Below the pieces are notes generated by a model. The model saw only the letters and a list, made by a program, of their open reading frames with translations, was not told where the DNA came from and did not search any database. A stretch of DNA of 64,000 nt from Tubiluchus corallicola (lineage: Eukaryota > Animalia > Priapulida). The stretch covers positions 1-64,000 of the forward strand of contig JAQGDQ010000108.1 in assembly GCA_030141605.1 (NCBI GenBank), written 5' to 3'. Below, piece by piece: positions 51,901 through 60,900 of the stretch (positions are counted from its first letter, which is position 1; every line of letters begins with the position of its first letter). The translations under genes and the position numbers were made by a program.

Positions 51901-54900
51901 TAGGATAATGTTGTAGTTCATTTTGACTCGAGTGGTTCATTTTAAGTTATACAGATTAGTTATTGACTCGTTCGTGCTGTTTCTTACATTTTTTCAATCA
52001 TTAAAGAATTGAATCCTTTGCATCGTAAGTCTTTCTACAGGCAAAGTCTTCCCAGTGCTGAAAAGGATATCAACAGCTGTTGCATTTTTCTTCCTCCTAG
52101 AATTCCTCGGGTTCAAATTAGCCCGCACGTTTTACTGGGATGAAAATCATCTGTGCCTCTTTACACCAAACGTATGAAATTGCGAGACAAAAACCAGAGC
52201 CGCCGGTCTGTTCCGGGTGTTGGCTTCCTTTATGTTAAAACATCACAACTATTGAAAATATTTGTAGGAAAAGATCATGTATCATGCTATTCGAGGGCGA
52301 GCTTCTTTTCACCGTGAGTTTTATACGTGGATGGAATCTGGTGTTTCTTTTCAGCAATTCCCCCCCCCCCTTCTTTATCTTGGTAGTGTCGTTGACAGTG
52401 TAGACTTGCTATAGAATCATGCAGATCATCTGTTTTTGATGATTTTCAGGCGAGGATCCGCAATCAAGGCAATTGTTGACTGTTTAGGTAATACACGCCG
52501 TGCCCCTCGCGGCCAGCACATCTGCGGTCATCTTTTTCGCCATAATTTTTCAATTATTTTGTTTGTTTTTTGCGACTGGCTGCAAGATGTTGTGATCTCA
52601 GCGATTTTTGTCACTTGGCTATTTTCCTTTGAGTTCTGTGTGACGTCAGTAAACTTGATGTCTTGTGTGGCTGCTGTGCTTCAGCTGTTTTTGGTAAAAG
52701 TGAGTGGATGCATTATTGGAAGCTTGACATCAGGAAAACGATGTTTATGTCTTAATGTTAATTGGTGCTGGTTAAATAGTGTAATATAATATCCGTACAT
52801 GCACATGGAGGCCTGCGTACTTACGATCATTCGATTCTACTTTTTACTGTGATGAATAGAAGTGGCAGAGGTGAAGAGGGACAGAGTTTGAAGAAGTGCA
52901 GTTTAGTGTCGCTGTTGCTAGTGTAGACCCTGTGTATATGAACTGTACGGTTGTGTTAACTACCCGTCGTGTGACGGTGCATTTGATCCTATTGCGATGA
53001 CGTAGTGATTGCGGTCGGCGTGGGATTTCACAGGTGTGAGTTCTAGTGTGAGTAATCAGCATTATATAGCTCACTAAACACTCCAGTTGTGTTTGCTGAC
53101 TTGCTAAATGTGTATGCAACTTGGATGTGAGTAAAAATAGGAACTCCTTTAGTAGGGTAAATTAGAACTGCGCGTTGAGTCATACGTGAACGGTGTTATG
53201 TGTGCTTGAAGTGAAACTGGTAAACCAGTTGGTTTGATGCGTGTGATTTAGTTCATGATAAATCACTTTACGAGGTAATGGTTCGTTAAATGCGTTTTAT
53301 ACATTCTTTACTTTATAGCTGTCGACTGTGGGTGCGTAAGTAGTAACACCCAGTTTAATTGATCAATCATGAGTTTTTGGCTGAATTGGGACCTCAAGAA
53401 TAACCAAAAACTTCCCTCTGGAGAAGAAACGTATTACAACTATAATAGTGTCCCAACTGTTGTGCACAATAGTGATACTAAATCTGTAAAAAGTGTGTCG
53501 GTTGTTGTGCACAATGCAGAGAAATCGTGTGAAAAGCACAGTAATCGTGGAGCGTGCAATGGTTTGCTAAATAACGGCCCTGTGCTGAACAACAATGTAA
53601 ATAAAGCCACAAGCAATTACGGGTCGCTAAACAAACGCAATGGTTCAGTTTACAACAACGATTTGTGCGTCATTAACACGTTCAGTAACAATGATCCGTT
53701 CAACAATGCATCTCTTGGCAAGTGTTCACAGTATAACAACGGAATTTCTAATGACAGAACTTCCAGCCCCAGTGGCAGCTTGTCAAGTTTGAGTAGTAAC
53801 GGTTCTTCTGTAAGCAATGGTCTTTCGAGCAACAATGGTTCTTCTACATCCAGCAACAACGGTTACTATGGTAATGGTATTTCAAGCACTAATTCAAACA
53901 GTAGTTCGGGTTCCTCGTGGCTTAGTAATGGATATGGAACAATATCTCGTTGTACCACAAATGGATATTTCAACGGGCGAAGTATGGCGCTATTGCCAAT
54001 GGAACCCATATCGGAGCTTACGGTATATGGTTCGGAACCAACAACACCTACATGCAAAGACCCAAAGGAGTTGGCCAAGCTAAAGCATCGTTCTTGCCCA
54101 AATCCATTTGAGGTAGCTATAATATAATTAATAACATAATCAAAGTCATAGTAATATCATACATACAATTAAACATTAATTGGTTGATAGATTATTCCAT
54201 TGAAACTCAACATGCAGTAGTGCAGGCAAAGTTTACTCACAAGAACCTTTGTGGTTTGACATGTCTCACAAATTTAAGCTTGTTTTCTTTTTCTTGGTTA
54301 TGCGGCCAGACGTTATATTAGACAGAGGACTATAGTTTAATGTGAGAAGTGTTTCGAAAAACACAGATCTGCTTAATTTGGCATTTTGAGAACACGCAAC
54401 ATTTTGCTGTACAATATATGTGTAATACTCCTAGAAAAACGATCATCAAATTGATGGTAGTTCCTCAACAGTGTATCAAGGTCAATCTCATAAACTCGTG
54501 ACAAAAAACAACATTAACTGATAAAGGAGTTGGATTTTTGGACTATCTTTGTTCAAGCAGTGTGTTTTTGTGATGAATTTAGTGTTAAAACAACTCAGAA
54601 AATACAAATATTTGTTTAATCTGCATTATTTCATTGTCCTTTACGTGTCACTGTATGACTTTGTGAAACGTGCAAAATAAAGTTCATAACGTGTGTTGCA
54701 TACTAAAATCTAACCGACAAAAACATAGCAGACCCTATAAACGTACGTAGGGTTTCAATAAAATACCTCTTAAACTGATTATTAAACTACACCTAAAATA
54801 GATAAACTTTGTGAACTGTTATGCCATAAAATAACTGACATGTAGTTATTATAAACGTTGAGACTATAAAAGAGCACGTAATGCCTAGTGAATAAATATA

Positions 54901-57900
54901 TCCTACAGTTTTTGAATTGCTAACAATTCCTGCTTTCGGTATTGAAGGTGTTCACGACATTATGTACACCAAACGGGAATACTCGAGTATCCTTTCGACC
55001 TTGCTCTATAATGGGCTAGAGGTATCAGTTTCCAAAAATGGCTGTTCCAGTTCCACCATACACTGAAAAGAGGACGTGTACACATATGACCCGTTTAAGG
55101 AAAAAGTACGTTTTGATAGATGGAGCCCATTTTTGATAGTTACGAAAACAGTATAATGTACAAGCTGACAGGGACAGGTGCTCTCTAAAAGAGCTGATAA
55201 AGCTAGCAGATTTAATGTTAGTGCATATCCCTAAAATTCCTTATTTACTTAGGTAAGCGTTGTACATTCATTTACATTATTTACATTGTATATTTTTTTA
55301 CATTTATTTAGGTAGGCGTTGCTTTTTGGCAGAATTGAATGCGCACGTCTTTAATGCCTCGTTATCATGCAGTCATTAAAAAGCAACGATTTTTAACTAC
55401 ATAAACTGCACACGAACTGTGTCACGTAACTCTTTACCTGCGTACGTTGAAGGTTATTTATTTTGTTGGGTAAACAGTGTCATTGTTGGCAAATATTTGA
55501 ACGGGTTTTTTTTTGTAATCGCCTAGTCTATGCATAAAACTCTGAATCATTTCGTATTTCCAGTACGGAATACCCTTTCACATCAAATACAATGACGTCA
55601 TCAGTTTTGTTGATCGGAGTAGTAATAACACTACTTTCTCCATTGCGGTTGCATGGTGTATTTACTGTAAGTTTAAGAGCTTTTATAGTAAAAAAACAGA
55701 AACGAATTTCTCCCGGTATTGAACTGGCATTTGTATAACCACAATATAGTGTATGCTGAACAGTGCAATATCCAATGTATGATGCTGACGTGACATAGTT
55801 CTGAATGTTCAAATAAGACACCGTGACGCACCTTGATGGCCTACGTGACCCTGTAAACGCGTGTATGATTCACACAAAAAAGAGTTCACTGTTCCTACTG
55901 AAATTTGAAAAGCAATGGTTGGCGTTTATCTAACGTACGCGGACACCTGCACGTGTAATGCCTTTTTCAAAAAACATCACAGAAAATTGAGGCTGAGTTT
56001 ATTATATGTAATCTATAAAATTAAATCAAAATAATTAAGTACGTTAGCCTGCAATAGTTTTTGTGGAATAAACTTGATAGCATGAAGTTTTGTCAAGTAT
56101 CAGCATCAGTAATAGGGCGCATAGACGTTATGAAAAAAGACATAAGAATTGCAGACAATATCTGCTGGATTGAGATGTTTTTAACATTCGTTTTTCTTTA
56201 TCCAATGTATGATGCTGACGTGACATAGTTCTGAATCTTCAAATAAGACACCGTGACGCACCTTGATGGCGTACGTGACCCTGTAAACGCATGTATGATT
56301 CACACAAAAAAGAGTTCACTGTTCCTACTGTTCCTACTTTTCTTAAGAGCGTCTCTGAACTGTAAAAAACAGATGGACGAAGGAGAGTGTATTTATTCCC
56401 CCATGCCTTGATGTCACTTCCCTTCTTGATGTTTGTTATTATATTACTCTTTGCCTACTTGTACAAATACACGTAGTATTTATGCATGAAAACATGTGCA
56501 CGAAACCATCAAATACGAGTGCATTCTTAGTTTTAGTCTGAATCCATTACACATGCGCGCTCACGCATACACGCGCCCATAATTTTGGACGACACATAAA
56601 TGTATTAATTTTACCGGGCTGCACCATTTTTTGCTCACACGTTTTTATTGAAGTTGAACTACATTAATCATGCTAAGCAATAGAGAGGGCGACTTCAGCA
56701 GAATTTGCAATTGAAGCTGTAGTTAATATCTAGTTGATGTGTCGTAATCTGCTACGAGGGGACATTTCAGTTGATTCAGTAAATTGCTGCTAGAAGGATT
56801 TAATTCTTAGTGTAAAGTTTAGAAATTAATTTTGTCAAAGTTAATACATGGAGCATTCAAGATTGACTACTTTTTGCTAAGGATTAAAACTTGAATCTTC
56901 ACAATTATAGAGATCAATGAATGTAGTATTGCTTTCACTTCGATTCACGTATCAGCTGTAGCTTGTGCTACAGATTTAGGAAAAACAAAACTGTGATTTT
57001 ATTCATGCTTTGCTAAGCAACAAAACGAGCACAGTTTTTCATTTAACCATTCCGTCATGCGCAAGTAAGATCCTAAATCAAAAGACAGCTGCATATACGC
57101 GCCTATATGCGTGAATGAATGCGCGTGCATATTGTGTGCACGCGTAAAATTTGTGTTTGGGTGGTCTGCATGTCAAGGACCCGAGGCGTCCGTAACACGT
57201 GGCGCACTTGCAAATACCCCCGCATTTTCGACTACTTCAGTATTTTTATGAGGTTTTTGTGTAATAGACACATCGACTAACTACCTCTTTGCGTAAACTG
57301 TCGAGATAATACGACTCGCCGTCCAGATGCGCTTGCATAAATTCTTGATCCGGATGAGAGGAATTGGTTTTTATAGTCCCAGGGGAATATATTTCAAGTT
57401 TACAAGCCAGTGGCTATAATAATGTGAAAATATCTTTTGCAGATAAAAAATGTTAGATGCCTCTACTGGTTATATTAACAGCAAAACCTCTTGTTCGCCT
57501 CTGTACAGCTTTTGTCACTGTATTCGTGCCATACGATTTTTGTCAAACAATTTGCAGCATTTTTTCACATTCTCAATGCGCGTTCTAATTGTTTCGCAAC
57601 AAACTTTAGTTGGATAATTAGTTGTTTGTGTGTCCAGTCTACCAGCGTTCAGAAGTAGTAATTCTAATTTTGCGCAACTTCATCGCTAGCTTCAACATGG
57701 AGTTAACAACATTTTCTATTGTTGAGATTTCTTTTTGAAAATGGGTGGACCCAGGATGGCGTAGAAAGATTTGATTATTTGTAAACAAGCCTGTCCAAAT
57801 AAAGCGTGTTTTTCTGCGTTTAAAGCATTCAATAGAATCAAGATACGTGAAATGTTCTCGATATTAGTACAATTTGAAGATGAAGATTACTTAAAGGCGA

Positions 57901-60900
57901 TGCCAGCTTTCTTGTTTTGCTCAGAATGATCATAAATGCTTTCTTCAAGTTTCTTGTTTTTGGCGAACATTTTAAACCCCCATTTGTTTGGAGACATTTT
58001 CGACTGTTTGCGCGGATTATGAAGCTGGGATTATTTTACGTGTCAAGGGTAACCGCCTAATGGATTTAGCTACCTGCGTGATCTTCGAGTTACCTCACAC
58101 CTGAGATTCAAAAAGAGATTTTTATCGTGACTTCCTAGCCAAAAAGTGAAAACGTGGATGGCAAAGGTGTGTACAAGGTCATTTGTGTGGTCTTGACTTT
58201 GTAATTCTCAGTAAGTGGGCTGACTTTCCATTTTATTGCAGATTCCCCCACTTTTAACAAGTTTGAATGTCGTTGATAACCTTAATCTTGACGACCAAGG
58301 AATTTAAACGCCTTATCCCAGCATGAAAGTGTCTCTAATGGTTTGAAATGTGTGTGTTGCATTGTAAGCTCCCATAAGCGTCGCTGATTTGACGTTATCT
58401 TTATATTCCATCATTTTAAGGGGAGAGTACTTTTAAAGTTTTCGTTTCACCTCTTAAAATTCTAGTCTGTAGAGCATTTTTTGTTTGGGAATACAAGGCT
58501 TAACATTGTTTTGATTTATATGCGCCATACTTGTCTTTTTTACAAGCATTTCACTTCAGGATTCGGTTTGCATTAGATGTTCATCTCCACTGTCACCCGC
58601 CAGCATGTAACTAAACTATATAAAATTTCCAGACAACTTTTTCGTGTACTAGCTAAGCTCTTTAAATTGCGTCTGATAGGATCTACGGGAGTGCTTAAAA
58701 TTCCCAAGGGGATGCGCCAGTGTTTAAAAATGCGTTTAAACAGTAGATATGCATCTGTAAGTGGTTCGTCCGTTAAGACTGTTGAGTACTACAAACTTCT
58801 TTAAAAGTTGCGAGATGCTTGTCAGATGTAGTTTAAAAATCAGTTTCAAAATAAGTTCACTGACAGGGTGTTTCAGAAGTCGCTCACTAATTTGTTTTTC
58901 GATTGTTAATCTTTTGGTAAACGACGACGTTCATATTGTAGTATAAAAAGCTCTTACACCCAGTAGTTGAAGTTTTTTAGTGCACAGTTGAGGTTTTGGG
59001 GCCGATTTCTTCTGCATATTGTGCATTCTGACTCTTAGACAGAGTGTAAAATCGCTGCATGACTACAGAAAGAGCATTAAGTAGGTGTAAATTAAAATCG
59101 TTGCAATAGACTTATGAAGCCAAATTTCATACCAAGTATCGCAGGCTCGGTAAAAAAAATGCCATTTGAGTAATTTCTGTTGACTATTGTAACTGTTGTT
59201 TTAATAATTGATTAAAATAATGAGAAACTTTCAAAACAGTTGATATATATATAGTGGTATTAATGCTTTGAGGAATTAAATCTAGCTATTAGTAGTTAGG
59301 ATTATGTATCTGTTGCGTCATGGTCATTCGGAAGATTATTTACACACACGCATGCACATTGCACACCCTCACACGCATGCACACAACTACTGCTTTGACA
59401 GCGGAACTTTATTAGAGTTGAGATACCGCTAGGTCAATAACGTTGATTTTCATTTTAACTACTTTGGTCACAGTCGACGTATCTTAACTGCTCACATTCT
59501 CATAAAACTGTCTGCGCCATGAAGCATTCTGGTGGGCTTCTGATGCACACGCCGTATGTTTACCCATCACATGATGCCATTTACATTTGCAGTTTTTGGG
59601 TAATTGCTGCATGACTGCGGAGCATTTACAGACCGATGACCGACATATTTTCGTGCCAAACGGTGATCAGAATGTTCAATGACAGTGATAAAACTTCGTA
59701 ATTTTTGGTTGTGACTTTGTTTCTGTTGTTGTTGTTTTTGTTGTTGTTTTGCGAATTACTTCCTTGTTTGTGTCGCTACACGAGTAAGGGCGTCTAGAAG
59801 ATTAACAAATTCTGCATTAATCGCATTTTTTTCAATATTGAATGACAACATTGAAAGCGTTTCGCGTATCGCAGTTATACTGTCAAAACTGATCAACTTC
59901 AGTCCATTTACCTGTGCCACATAATTAACGACCTTAAAGAAGCGTTAATGATTCGTTGTCTGCCCTACATTCCTGCCGGAATTTTAGTTTTTCAATGCCT
60001 TTCCTCGACATGTTTACTGTTTAAAGTCGAACTAGAAACTTGATTTTCGATCACTGTTTAGTCTTAATTGATGTGATTTGTGGCAAAGCCACCAGTAACA
60101 CATTAAAACCCGAGTTAAAGCTCGTTCAGTTTGTTTCATAAAAGCGTTTGACGTGACTCATATTTTAGCGACGAGCTGATTGAATTTTAACTGTGGGTCC
60201 CACCTTGAAAGCATTGTCCAAGAAAACTATTAAACTCGCGTTTTTGTACCTGTTGCCCGGGGTGATGCAAGAAAAGCAAAATGGCCAAGTTAATTTGAAG
60301 AAAGTGAATGGTGCCGTCCATCAGTCTGTGAAGTGACGCGCATTTCGCAAAACGTGTGAACTTGAATTGGTCAGTCAGTGTATCTGCATCACATGTGTGA
60401 TTATCAAATTAAATACTCTGATGCGTGAAGTGGAGAAAATGCTAAGCAGAGTTTAATGATTAGTTACAACTTGATACTTTGTTCGTAGCACTATAAAACT
60501 AGTAGCTTGAGTTAATGTTGTCATTCCGTTCTGAACAACGTGCGGTTATGGTTATGCACTGTCGGTTAAACTTTAAAATCTTCAATCGTGATTTGAAGAT
60601 TGTCAGTTACTTTTGCCGTATTTTTGTTTCACAAGTTTCTTGCAGTTACTGTTGAAGTATTTTGTTTCTGGAACAAAGGTTGCTCGCAATTTTCGTATTT
60701 GAAGTTATTGTGAAAAGTTGAAAATCAAAAAGTGATTTATGAAACTTCGTGTTTTGTCTAAATTTTGCAACTGATGTATGATATTAAAGAAAAACAGTCT
60801 GTAAAGCTGTTTTCGTTTTACTCTTCTTACATTTGCGCTCTTAAGATGCCTTTTAATACATCATAAGTTCATGGTCATTAGCTAACTGGCTTTTCCTTAC

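Noticed and set aside
52436-57070. Other ATG-donor units in intron O-P (donors near 52487, 53274, 55252, 57064)
   Set aside because: Phase 1 or 2, out of frame with exon P.
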